NCBI GenBank assembly: GCA_965200775.1
Contig: OZ241383.1
Coordinates: 1,141,008 to 1,205,007 of the forward strand
Source: Acidimicrobiales bacterium
Lineage (GTDB): Bacteria; Actinomycetota; Acidimicrobiia; Acidimicrobiales; Bin134
Direction: 5' to 3'
DNA length: 64,000 nucleotides
Numbering within the stretch: position 1 is the stretch's first letter; the number at the start of each line of letters is the position of its first letter. Below the pieces are notes generated by a model that saw nothing but the letters and a program-made list of their open reading frames with translations, was not told the origin of the DNA and searched no databases. Both the position numbers and the translations under genes were made by a program. This document shows positions 38,057 through 47,361 of this stretch, piece by piece.

Positions 38057-39346
38057 TCAGTCCGGCCATTCGATGTTGTAGTCGTCGAACCAGAACCGGG
38101 CCTCGCGGATGGCGTCCGGGTCGGTGCGCAGGGTGAGGTTCTGGTTGAGCTGCTCGGGGGTGGGCCCGATCTGCTCGGCGATTGTGGACAGCCCGTCCAC
38201 GTCGAGGCCGTAGCAGCACACAGCGTTGAGCCCGAGAAGCAGGCGGGTCTCCTCCACAGGGATCTCCTGGAAATCGGTCTCCAACCGCTCGACGGTGTTG
38301 GGCCAGCTCCCCTCGGGATGGGGATAGTCGGTGCCCCACATCAGGGCGTCGAGGCCGTTCATGTAGCGGCGACGCAGCTCGACCTTGCTCATGGTGGAAG
38401 CACCGATGAACACGTTTGTGCCGATGTACTCCGACGGCAGCCGCTGGATGAGGCCCTTGGTGCGGGAACTCATCTTCTTCACCTTCCAGTTGCGCCCCCC
38501 GAACATGGCGTCGGCCTTGAACAAGAGGTCGCCCAGCCACCAAGAGCCGCACTCCACCGGCACATACCGCAAGCCGGGGTGGCGGTCGAACGCTCCCGAG
38601 AACAGGAGCTGCCACAGCGGGCGGTGGGTCCAGAACGCCACCTCAAGCATGTACTGGGCCATGTTCTCGTTGTACGACGGGGCGTCGGCCTCACCCGAGT
38701 GGGTGTGGACCACCAGCCCGGCCTCGGCGCACGCCGCCCACACCGGGTCGTAGCTCTGGTGACCGTAGGACGGGTGTTCGTGCCACCGGGTGGGGATCAT
38801 GATGCCCCTGATTCCCGGCTTGCCGGCCAGCGACTCGATTTCCCGCACCGACTCCTCCACGCCGTGGGTGATTGGCACCAGGGCCACTCCGGCCCGGCGC
38901 GGCGGGTTGGTGGCGCAGAATTCCTCCAGCCACCGGTTGTGGGCCCGGGCCCCGGCCCAGGCAAGACGGGAGTCGGTGATCTGCCCAGCCGACAGACCGG
39001 CCCCAAACGGTGGCGCTTCCATACCGGTTACCGCGTCGCCGTCGGCAAAGATGATCTCGCCGGCCACCCCGTCGGCGTCGAGGGTCTTGTCGCGGATGTC
39101 GGGGTCGTAGGCCCCCTTCAACCCGATCTCGTTCTCCCTCTCCCACTGCTCGACGTACTCGCCGTTCAGCTCCTCGACCATGGCCCGGTGCTCGTGGCGG
39201 GTCACCAGCCACTGGTCGAACTCGGGGTGGAGCGCCGACTCCAGATACTCCCGGTAGTCCTCAACGAACAACCCGGCGTGGGTGTCGGATGAGACGATCA
39301 CGTACGGTGCGTTGCTCTGATCGATGCCTGTGGTCGGGCTGGGCAT
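38057..39346 (-). CDS. Amidohydrolase family protein (Amidohydro_2 / ACMSD-LigW-like), paralogue 1
   Basis: ATG at 39346 preceded by GGAAGGGGG. Metal-binding start IVSSDTHAG and C-terminal WGTDYPHPEG. Confidence 0.8.
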   Translation of the reverse strand: MPSPTTGIDQSNAPYVIVSSDTHAGLFVEDYREYLESALHPEFDQWLVTRHEHRAMVEELNGEYVEQWERENEIGLKGAYDPDIRDKTLDADGVAGEIIFADGDAVTGMEAPPFGAGLSAGQITDSRLAWAGARAHNRWLEEFCATNPPRRAGVALVPITHGVEESVREIESLAGKPGIRGIMIPTRWHEHPSYGHQSYDPVWAACAEAGLVVHTHSGEADAPSYNENMAQYMLEVAFWTHRPLWQLLFSGAFDRHPGLRYVPVECGSWWLGDLLFKADAMFGGRNWKVKKMSSRTKGLIQRLPSEYIGTNVFIGASTMSKVELRRRYMNGLDALMWGTDYPHPEGSWPNTVERLETDFQEIPVEETRLLLGLNAVCCYGLDVDGLSTIAEQIGPTPEQLNQNLTLRTDPDAIREARFWFDDYNIEWPD

Positions 39347-39566
39347 TGGTCGGCCCCCTTCCAGTCTCCGATGCCCCCCGGCAATCACAACGCCGGGAGC
39401 GCTCTGGGGCAATGTTACGGTCTTGCGAGCGGAGCGCAACACCTGCGGCTCCACAACCCACACGGGGCCGTATGAAACTCGTAGGAAATGACCGTGCCAC
39501 ACTGGGAACAACGCCCTGACAGCGCTTGAGATCGTCGCCATTCTCGGGGCTTCGGCTGCCGGTGCG

Positions 39567-40232
39567 ATGGTGCAGGGATCGTTGGGTTTGGGGCTGGCTC
39601 TGGTGGCCGCCCCCGCGCTGGTGGCCATCGACCCCGGCTTCGCTCCAGGGCCGCTCATCGTGGTTGGCCAGATTGTGGGCCTTCGCCACTTCATCGTCGA
39701 GCGCGAGCACACCGACCGCGGTGCGGTGCGCCATTGCCTGATCGGCCTTCCCTTCGGCCTGGCCGGCGGCCTCGTGGTTCTCACAGCCATCAGCGACCGG
39801 ACGCTTGGGCTCCTAATCGGAGGGGTGACAGCCTTTACCGCCGTTTCGCTGCTGTCCGGTCTTCAGGTTCGCCGCTCGGCCCCCACCGAGGTTGCCACCG
39901 GTGTGGCCGCCGCGTTCACCAGCATCACCGCTGGGCTGCCCGGTCCGCCCCTGGTTCTGTCGTTCAGCGACATGAAGCCCTCAACGTTGCGGGGCACCGT
40001 GGCCTCGTTCGTCCTGTTGGTGGCGGTTTCGGGCATCATCGGGCTAATCGCCACCGGGGAGTACGGCCGCCACGAGGTGGAGCTCACCGGCTTGCTAATC
40101 CCCGGCATCCTGGTCGGGCTGGTCGTTTCCCGCTTTGTCCGCCCCCACCTCGACAACTCCTGGTTCCGCCCGGTGGTGTTGCTGGTAGCCCTGGCCGGCG
40201 GGGTGGCGCTCATCCTCCGCCAGCTGACGTGA
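39567..40232 (+). CDS. TauE/SafE (TSUP) family membrane permease
   Basis: 221 aa of glycine-rich TM segments. The family-like N-terminal helix (LTALEIVAILGASAAGA) lies upstream in frame with no ATG/GTG/TTG, so the start is uncertain. CTG at about 39516 is possible. Confidence 0.7.
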   Translation: MVQGSLGLGLALVAAPALVAIDPGFAPGPLIVVGQIVGLRHFIVEREHTDRGAVRHCLIGLPFGLAGGLVVLTAISDRTLGLLIGGVTAFTAVSLLSGLQVRRSAPTEVATGVAAAFTSITAGLPGPPLVLSFSDMKPSTLRGTVASFVLLVAVSGIIGLIATGEYGRHEVELTGLLIPGILVGLVVSRFVRPHLDNSWFRPVVLLVALAGGVALILRQLT

Positions 40233-40347
40233 AGCTCCCGTTGGCTCAAAGCTCCCGCTGACCCAAAACTCCCGTTGACCCAAAGCTCCTGTTGGCTCAA
40301 TACTCCTGTTGACCGGAAGCTCCTGTTGACTTGACGTTCCTGCCCTA
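40232..40347. repeat. 17-nt tandem repeat x about 6.8 (aagctcccgttggctca and variants)
   Basis: Units at 40232, 40249, 40266, 40283, 40300, 40317 and 40334. The array exactly fills the gap between the convergent stops of the TSUP and amidohydrolase genes. Confidence 0.9.
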
Positions 40348-41598
40348 CGACCAAGTGCCGGCGGTGCGGAACGCAAAGTAGCCGTAGCCCTTGCGTTCGG
40401 GGCCGTCCAGAGCGGGGACGGACTCCAACGGGGTGGTGATTTCCTCCATGGTGGGCCCGATCTCGTCGGCAATCGAACCCAGCTTGGCCTCGTCAAGGCC
40501 GTAAACCCGGGCAGCGTTGGCGCCGACAATGGCCCGCACCTTGTCGTGAGGCTTTCCGGCCATGGCGTGGCGCAGCGAGAGATGGGTCATCGGCGTCTCG
40601 TCGGGGTCGTCGGAGTAGCGCCAAGTGCCCTCGGGGTGTGGGTAGTCCCGGCCCCAGAAGATGTTGGTCCACCACCAGTCCTGCACCGCCGCCTCGACCT
40701 CGAACGGGGCGGCGAAACTGGCCCCGACGAACACGTTGGCCCTGAAGTACTCGCTGGGCGCCCTGGACAGATCCCCGTTGGTGAGCGGCAGCGGCGCCTG
40801 CACCGCCGAGTCGAGGTCAGCGAGGGTGGAGGGGATCCAAACTCCGGGCTGTTCTGTCATGGCCAGCTTCAGATTCGGGAACCGGTCGAACACGCCCCCC
40901 AAGATCATGCGTACCATCCCCCGGCGGTTGTAGGCGCCGCCCGCCTCGATCAGCAGAAGCGGCGTACCGTTGACCTCCCTCACCGGAGGGTCGGTGGCCG
41001 CCCCGGCGTGGGTGGCCAACACCAACCCGGTTTCCTCCACAACGGCCCAGAACCGGTCCCAGGAAGGATCGTTGTACTGGGTCCAAAGCGGGCGGGCGCA
41101 TGGAAAGTTCACACCCCGCAACCCAACATCGGCGGCCCATTGAACCTCTTCGATGGCAGCGTCGATGTCCCACAGAGGGATATGAGCGAGCCCGATCAGG
41201 CGTTCAGGCGCCGCCGAGCAGAAATCCGCCAGCCACCTGTTGTAGATCCGGAACCCAGCCGCGGCCAGTTCGGGATTGTCGAACTGGGGCCAACCCTGGT
41301 CATCGAACGGGATGGGCTGGCCGTTGAAGCTGTTGTGGAATATCACCTCGGCAGCGATGCCGTCCCTGTCCATGTCGGCCAGGCGAGCCCCAGCGTCGTC
41401 GTGTCCCGAGGTCCGCAGGTACAGCGCCCGGCCGGAACGGGCTCCGGCACGCAACTCCTCAACCTCCGGGCTGGCGGCATACTCGTCGAAGGCGTCGAGA
41501 TGCGCCTGCGGGCAGTACGAGCGCAGCGCTTCCAGGCTCGGCCCCACATGAGAGTCGCCCGACACAAGCAACACCCGCTCTTCTCCGTTGGTTTTCAT
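40345..41598 (-). CDS. Amidohydrolase family protein (Amidohydro_2), paralogue 2
   Basis: 417 aa. Motifs LVSGDSHVG and WGRDYPHPEG. Confidence 0.8.
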   Translation of the reverse strand: MKTNGEERVLLVSGDSHVGPSLEALRSYCPQAHLDAFDEYAASPEVEELRAGARSGRALYLRTSGHDDAGARLADMDRDGIAAEVIFHNSFNGQPIPFDDQGWPQFDNPELAAAGFRIYNRWLADFCSAAPERLIGLAHIPLWDIDAAIEEVQWAADVGLRGVNFPCARPLWTQYNDPSWDRFWAVVEETGLVLATHAGAATDPPVREVNGTPLLLIEAGGAYNRRGMVRMILGGVFDRFPNLKLAMTEQPGVWIPSTLADLDSAVQAPLPLTNGDLSRAPSEYFRANVFVGASFAAPFEVEAAVQDWWWTNIFWGRDYPHPEGTWRYSDDPDETPMTHLSLRHAMAGKPHDKVRAIVGANAARVYGLDEAKLGSIADEIGPTMEEITTPLESVPALDGPERKGYGYFAFRTAGTWS

Positions 41599-41660
41599 CT
41601 CCGGGACGCCTCCTTATGGACTTCGTGTGACATTCGTGCCGGCTGTGCCGGCAAGAGTTG

Positions 41661-42011
41661 CTAGACCGAGCGGATTACCGTGCCGGGTTCGATCCCTGAA
41701 TCGGACCCGATGCCCTCAAGCTGAAGGGCGGTGTACACATGGAACTCATCGTCGTTTTGCACCGTGTGGTCGATGGAAAGGCACAGGGTGGTTACCTTTT
41801 CGTCACCGGCTTCCACAACCAGGGCGTCACCCACCCCAACCTGGCCGCAAACAACCCTGCCGATCACAAAGAAAGCCTCGGCCGACATCGCCTCGGTTCG
41901 GACAACCTCGAACTCCAGCCGCTCACGACTGCGACGCCACCGACGGAAGAAGGTCCGCCAGTTTCGAGGCTGGTCGTCCCACTCCCCCTCAACGATCTCC
42001 GGCGTTCCCAT
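41661..42011 (-). CDS. Hypothetical protein with an EF-Tu domain-2-like beta-barrel signature
   Basis: 116 aa. Segment GRVVCGQVGVGDALVV...LSIDH......F.V..A..L.L.G......IEPGTVI. No clear ribosome-binding site. Confidence 0.4.
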   Translation of the reverse strand: MGTPEIVEGEWDDQPRNWRTFFRRWRRSRERLEFEVVRTEAMSAEAFFVIGRVVCGQVGVGDALVVEAGDEKVTTLCLSIDHTVQNDDEFHVYTALQLEGIGSDSGIEPGTVIRSV

Positions 42012-42153
42012 GACGGCAACCTAGCGCACCCGACCGGTGCTCAATGTGATGAACAGCGCCGTGAACTGGCATCCTTGGGGGGACTGCGCCTCCCGAGGAG
42101 CTCCCCGGGAAGGCAAAGCTTTCCCAACAACTCGGCTATCACTGGAGTGACCG

Positions 42154-43359
42154 ATGAACGACCGCTACACCATCATCTCAGCCGACTGCCATGCCGGCGC
42201 CAACCACGAGACCTACCGGGGATTCTTGGAATCGAAGTATCACGACCAGTTCGACGCGTGGCGGGGTAAGTACCGCAACCCGTTCCGCGACCTCCAGGAC
42301 GGCGGGCGGGTCCGCAACTGGGACAACGAGCGGCGGCTGGGCGACCTGTACGCCGACGGGCAGGTGGCAGAGGTGGTGTTCCCCAACACCGTGCCCCCGT
42401 TCTTCCCGAGCTTCATCCTATTCGCCCGTCCGCCCCGGGCCGACCAGCTCGAGCTGCGGCTGGCCGGGATCCGGGCGCACAACCGCTGGCTGGCCGACTG
42501 GTGCGCCCAGTACCCCGAGCAGCGGGCCGGCATCGGGCAGACGTTCCTGAACGACATAGACGAGGCCATCGCCGACGTGGAATTCATTGCTGCCAACAAC
42601 CTGCGTGGCGGGGTGCTCATCTCCGCCATCCCGCCCGACTGCGACGATCTGGCCCCCCTCTACGATCCGGTTTACGACCCGTTCTGGGCGGCGTGTCAGG
42701 ACCTCGGGGTTATCGTCAACAGCCACGGCGGTACCGGTGCGCCCAACTACGGCAAATACTCGGTGTCCGACCTGCTGTTCATCCACGAGGTGAGCTTCTA
42801 CTCTCATCGGCCCTTCTACCAGCTAATGCTGTCGGGGGTGTTCGAGCGGTTCCCCGAGCTCAAGTTCGTGATGACAGAGCAGGGGTGCGCTTGGCTGGTG
42901 GGGGCTCTGGCCCACATGGACGAGACCCTGGCCAAGATTCGTGACACCGGTCGGATGGGCGAGCTGCGCTACGACGACAATCACATCCTGCCCAGGAGCG
43001 CCACCGAGTACTTCCAGCAGAACTGCTGGGTAGGCATCAGTCAGCCCGGCCACGACGACGCCGCGGCTCGTGAGGTGCTGGGGGTCCACAAGGTGATGTG
43101 GGGTTCGGACTATCCCCACAACGAGGGCACCGGTCCTTTCACTCGCGAGCACCTGCGCCAGGTTTTCTGCGACACCGACCCCGTTGAACTCCAGCAGATC
43201 CTGGCCGGCAGCGCCGCCGATCTGTACGGCTTCGACCTCGATGCCTTGGCTCCCCTGGCTGCCCAGCACGGCCCGACCCATGCCGAAATCGCGGCCCCTC
43301 TGGAGGAGTTGCCCGACGAGCCCAACGAGGCCCTGCTGAAGAACGCCATCGCGGCCTAA
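42154..43359 (+). CDS. Amidohydrolase family protein (Amidohydro_2), paralogue 3
   Basis: 401 aa. Motifs IISADCHAG and WGSDYPHNEG. Confidence 0.8.
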   Translation: MNDRYTIISADCHAGANHETYRGFLESKYHDQFDAWRGKYRNPFRDLQDGGRVRNWDNERRLGDLYADGQVAEVVFPNTVPPFFPSFILFARPPRADQLELRLAGIRAHNRWLADWCAQYPEQRAGIGQTFLNDIDEAIADVEFIAANNLRGGVLISAIPPDCDDLAPLYDPVYDPFWAACQDLGVIVNSHGGTGAPNYGKYSVSDLLFIHEVSFYSHRPFYQLMLSGVFERFPELKFVMTEQGCAWLVGALAHMDETLAKIRDTGRMGELRYDDNHILPRSATEYFQQNCWVGISQPGHDDAAAREVLGVHKVMWGSDYPHNEGTGPFTREHLRQVFCDTDPVELQQILAGSAADLYGFDLDALAPLAAQHGPTHAEIAAPLEELPDEPNEALLKNAIAA

Positions 43360-43488
43360 TCCGACCCGGCGGGGCCTGCCTTGCTCCCCGTCAGATAACA
43401 GCGCTGGTGCTGCATTTCTGCGCCGACATCGCCTAGCCCATGAGAGCTAGCCCCGCCACGGTTTGAGGCAGCGAATTAGGCTGGCCCG

Positions 43489-44649
43489 ATGATCGTCGAT
43501 GTGGACACCCACTGGGAGATCACCGGGGCTTCAGCGGGTCTGGACCCCCTGAAGCCGTGGATTGATCAGATCCCCGACAACCGCACCCATCTCGCCAACG
43601 CCATCGCCGGCGACCTGCTCCACGTGCTGCCCGCCGAGCGCCGACCCGGACCTGCCGAACTCCTGCCCAAGCTGTTCGCCAAGGCCAAGAAATCCGGCGG
43701 ACCGGTAGTTCTTCACCCCCGCCACGACTCCACCTCGGCCGAGCGGGTGGCGTGGATGGACTCGGTCGGCATACACCACTGTCTCGTGAACCCCGGCGGC
43801 TACTGGCAGAAGCTCGACTACCTGAACCCCGCCGACCGGCCCGTCGCCGCCCAGCGGTGCAACGACTTTCTGATGGAACAGCTCTACGAACACCGCCACC
43901 GGCTCCACGCCGTGGCCACCATCGACTTCTCCGATCTCGATGCCGCCGTTCGCGAGCTTGAGAAATGCCGGGCGCGAGGGGCCCGAGCCTTCTTCCTCTA
44001 CACCTGCCGGGGCATACCGGCGGGCGGTGCCCCTGGCCACCCCGACTGGGACCGGGTTTGGGATGCTGCCGTCGACTTGGGCATGTTGGCGGTGATCCAC
44101 GTGGGCAACACCGAGTCGGACTTCTCCGGTTGGGCCGACATCGGCTGGGACCTCCCCGGCGGGGCCGGCGTCGGCGGGCTAATCCGCCTCGCCAACACCC
44201 AAAGGCTTCACGCTGCCCAGAACCTCATCGCCAGCCTGCTGTTCGGGGGCGTATTCCACCGCCACCCGAACCTCACCGTGCTCGTGGAGGAGATGCGAGC
44301 CGGATGGCTGCCCTGGTACGTGGCGACCCTGTCCCGCCAGTGCCTCTCCTCGCCGTCGCTGGGCGACTGGCCGTGGCCAGTGACCGGGGAGGAGATGCTG
44401 CACCGCAACCTGAGGCTCACTCCCCTACCCGGTTTCGGCGACACCGACGCCCTGGCAGTGCTGGCCGAGCTGCCCGACATGGTGGTGTTCTCCTCTGACT
44501 ACCCCCACCAGGAGGGAAACGCCGACCCCATCGAGTTGTACCGTCCCGCTCTCGACCGGCTCGACGATGACGTAAGGACCGCCTTCATGGGGGCCAACAT
44601 GGCCGACTGCTTCGCCCGCCTCGGCGATCCCCTCCCAGAAGGGTCCTGA
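43489..44649 (+). CDS. Amidohydrolase family protein (Amidohydro_2), paralogue 4
   Basis: 386 aa. Motifs IVDVDTHWE and FSSDYPHQEG. Confidence 0.75.
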   Translation: MIVDVDTHWEITGASAGLDPLKPWIDQIPDNRTHLANAIAGDLLHVLPAERRPGPAELLPKLFAKAKKSGGPVVLHPRHDSTSAERVAWMDSVGIHHCLVNPGGYWQKLDYLNPADRPVAAQRCNDFLMEQLYEHRHRLHAVATIDFSDLDAAVRELEKCRARGARAFFLYTCRGIPAGGAPGHPDWDRVWDAAVDLGMLAVIHVGNTESDFSGWADIGWDLPGGAGVGGLIRLANTQRLHAAQNLIASLLFGGVFHRHPNLTVLVEEMRAGWLPWYVATLSRQCLSSPSLGDWPWPVTGEEMLHRNLRLTPLPGFGDTDALAVLAELPDMVVFSSDYPHQEGNADPIELYRPALDRLDDDVRTAFMGANMADCFARLGDPLPEGS

Positions 44650-44721
44650 CCCCTCCCCGAAGTGGCCTGAATCGAGCCCTTCACGGCCAAACCCGGCAGG
44701 AAATAGGCGCCAGAGCCGGGG

Positions 44722-45876
44722 TCAGCGTCCGGCAGGCACCATGTAGAAGATGATTCCGCCGGGGGCGTCCTGAGCCTTGAGGGCATCCCGAGCGGCAAGC
44801 AGGGTCTTGCCGGCTTCGGTGTTCTCGAAGAACCACGACTCGGCTTGGCGGGCACCGGCTGTAGGACTGTCGGCCAGCTCCAGGGCGGCTTCCTGGTAGT
44901 AGGCCCGGATGTCGTGGGACACGGCCAGGGTGTCGAGCCGGGGGCCGTAGACGTCTTTCCAGTGCTCTCCGGCTATGACCCGCTCGAACTCGGCCAGCGC
45001 GCCGGGCACCTCATCGGCCTTGATCGACCGACCTACCTCGGTGGCACTCCGCCGAGCAACCGCACGGTCGTAAGCGGCCCGCAGACCCTGCGCCTCGTCC
45101 ACCGACGGGGACAAGTTGGGGTCGTAACGGGGCGGCAGGGTGCAAGACAGCGGGGTCTCGTCGGATTCGACAACATCGGGAAAATCCTCCAGCACCGGGC
45201 CCGAGGGGGCATCCAGCAAGTCGAACGCTGCACGCAGAACCCTCTGCTGGAACTCAGCGTCGCCAGGGACGCCCAGAGGCCGGCCCAAGGGGAACTCGCA
45301 GTACAGAGAGCGGGGAAGGTTCATCCTCTCGGCCACCGACCGCATAGCGGCCAGCACCACCGTGGCAATCCCCGCGGCTTCGAGAACATGAGCAAGCACA
45401 CCCACGGTGCGCGTACACAGCGGTCAAACCGGGGTCAGGATGGCCACGTCAACACCGTCGGCCCGTAGCTCGGCAGCGGCCGCCGGGCCGGTGTCCAGCC
45501 GCAGCTCCGAGACGGTGTCGGGCTGATTCCCGGCGAAGGACACATGGCGTGGAGCCACCGCCCCGATCACCCCGTCGGCGGCAAGCTCCTCCAAACGGTC
45601 TATGGGATACACCGAGTTGATGTCGAGGAGGAACGCGGAGCGGTCGAAGTTGGAACTCCAATGGCCCAGGATCAACTCTCTGTCGGCCCGGTCGATCACC
45701 CGGTAACCCGTGTCGGCCCTGTCGAACATCTCCTGGTCGGCTCGGTGCAACGCGGCGCTGGTCACGATGGCCACCGTGGCCTCGGCCAGCGGCGGGGGCG
45801 ACGCCAACGAAGGAGGATCGAACTCGGGCACCGTCTGACCGTCCCCGAACTGCCGCATCATCTGATCACTGGACAT
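44722..45876 (-). CDS. GrdB-family-like selenoprotein (in-frame UGA at 45424-45426 read as Sec, codon 151 of 384; U-P-L-C motif)
   Basis: Track ORFs 45424..45876 and 44722..45405 are in the same frame, separated by TGA plus 6 codons. Read-through gives ..GVDVAILTPV-U-PLCTRTVGVLAHVLEAAGIATVVL... The N-terminal half resembles the glycine/sarcosine/betaine reductase B (PF07355-like) layout, from memory. A stem-loop lies 3' of the UGA. Confidence 0.65.
45396..45412 (-). promoter_or_regulatory. SECIS-like stem-loop downstream of UGA
   Basis: mRNA GCGCAC-CGUGG-GUGUGC. A 6-bp stem (one G-U pair) and a 5-nt loop, starting 11 nt after the UGA. Confidence 0.45.
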
Positions 45877-45879
45877 ACT

Positions 45880-47361
45880 TCACTCTCCCACAGGCCGGCT
45901 CATGGCGTGACGCCGGACGGAGGCGTAACGGGTCCTGATCCGATCGCCATCGGCCCCGGGCGGTGGTTCGATGGCCCGGCCCCGACCCAGCGGCCAGTCG
46001 GCCATAACCTCGGCGGGGTTACACCCGATGGCCACGGCGGCTGCCTGCACCGCGGCTCCGGTGGCCACCAGTTCTTCGTCCTCGGGCACCAGCACCAGAT
46101 CGCCGTGCAGCACCGCGGCCCGCTCCCGGTAGGCCCGCGACCGGGCCCCGCCGCCGATGAGGTGCAGCTTGCCATCCGCGCTCACCCCGGCGGCCTTCAG
46201 GGCATCCAGCCCGTCGAACAGGCCGCACAACACCCCGTCGTGAGCAGCCAGGGCCAGATCCTCGCCGGTGGTGTCGTTGCGTAGCCCTGCCATCAGCCCG
46301 GTGGCGTCGGGCAGGTTGGGCGTGCGCTCCCCGTCAAAATACGGCACCAGCACCGGCGTGTTCGGACCATCCTCGGCGGCCATGGCCATCTCGGCCAGCC
46401 CGGAAGCGTCCACCCCCAGCCATCGGGCCACCGTGTCGGTGACCCGGGTGGCATTGAGGGTGCAGACCAAAGGCAGGTACCGGCCCGAGGCGTCGGCGAA
46501 ACCGGCCACCGCGCCCGAAGGGTCGTGGGTGGGGGTGTCGGAAACGCCATAGGCGGTGCCGGACGTGCCCAGTGAGATCACCGTGTCGCCAGGCCTCAAA
46601 CCAAGACCCAAGGCGGCGCCCATGTTGTCCCCCGTGCCGGGCCCCACCACCACCCCGTCGGACAGCCCGAGCGCTGCGGCTGCATGTCCGGTGATCTCCC
46701 CGGCAGCCTCATCGGCCATGAGAACCCGAGGAAGGCGACCCTCCCAGCTCTCGGCATCGCCTACCGCCACGGCCAGCAGATGGGAGGCTGTCTCGTTGGC
46801 CGTGGCGTCGAACCATCCCGTCCCGGAGGCGTCACCCCGGTCGGTCACGTGAGCCCCGGTCAGCCGCCAGGTAATCCAGTCGTGGGGCAGCATGATCCGG
46901 GCGATGTGGTCGCTCAGCTCGGGCTCGTGCTCCAGCACCCAGGCCAGCTTGGCGATGGTGAACGACGCCAACGGCACCGACCCGCACCTCCGGGCCCAAC
47001 CCTCTGCACCAAGGGCCGCCACCAGCGCGCCGGCCTGCGGAGCCGACGTGGTGTCGTTCCACAGCTTGGCCGGGCGGAGAACCTCGCCCCCCTCCCCCAC
47101 CAGCACCAGCCCGTGCTGCTGGCCGGCCACGCTCACCGCCACCACCTCGGCCCGATCAGCCTCATCGAACTGGGCGAAGCACTCGATCAGGGCATCCCAC
47201 CACGTCTGGGGGTCCTGCTCGCTCACCGGCGGATCCCAGGTGCTGTGCGCATGAGGAGCACTAGCCCGGCCAATCAGCCGACCGGAGTGGCACTCCCGCA
47301 GTTCGACTTTGGTGGACTGGGTTGAGGAATCCACCCCGGCCACCAGCGGGCCCGACGCCAT
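45880..47361 (-). CDS. xylB: Xylulokinase (FGGY family)
   Basis: ATG at 47361 overlaps the xylA stop. N-terminus VAGVDSSTQSTKV. Sits immediately downstream of xylA. Confidence 0.85.
   Translation of the reverse strand: MASGPLVAGVDSSTQSTKVELRECHSGRLIGRASAPHAHSTWDPPVSEQDPQTWWDALIECFAQFDEADRAEVVAVSVAGQQHGLVLVGEGGEVLRPAKLWNDTTSAPQAGALVAALGAEGWARRCGSVPLASFTIAKLAWVLEHEPELSDHIARIMLPHDWITWRLTGAHVTDRGDASGTGWFDATANETASHLLAVAVGDAESWEGRLPRVLMADEAAGEITGHAAAALGLSDGVVVGPGTGDNMGAALGLGLRPGDTVISLGTSGTAYGVSDTPTHDPSGAVAGFADASGRYLPLVCTLNATRVTDTVARWLGVDASGLAEMAMAAEDGPNTPVLVPYFDGERTPNLPDATGLMAGLRNDTTGEDLALAAHDGVLCGLFDGLDALKAAGVSADGKLHLIGGGARSRAYRERAAVLHGDLVLVPEDEELVATGAAVQAAAVAIGCNPAEVMADWPLGRGRAIEPPPGADGDRIRTRYASVRRHAMSRPVGE

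Noticed and set aside
40232-40347. The repeat array as a CRISPR locus.
   Set aside because: The 17-nt units are directly abutting with no spacers, they degenerate progressively, and there are no cas genes in the window.
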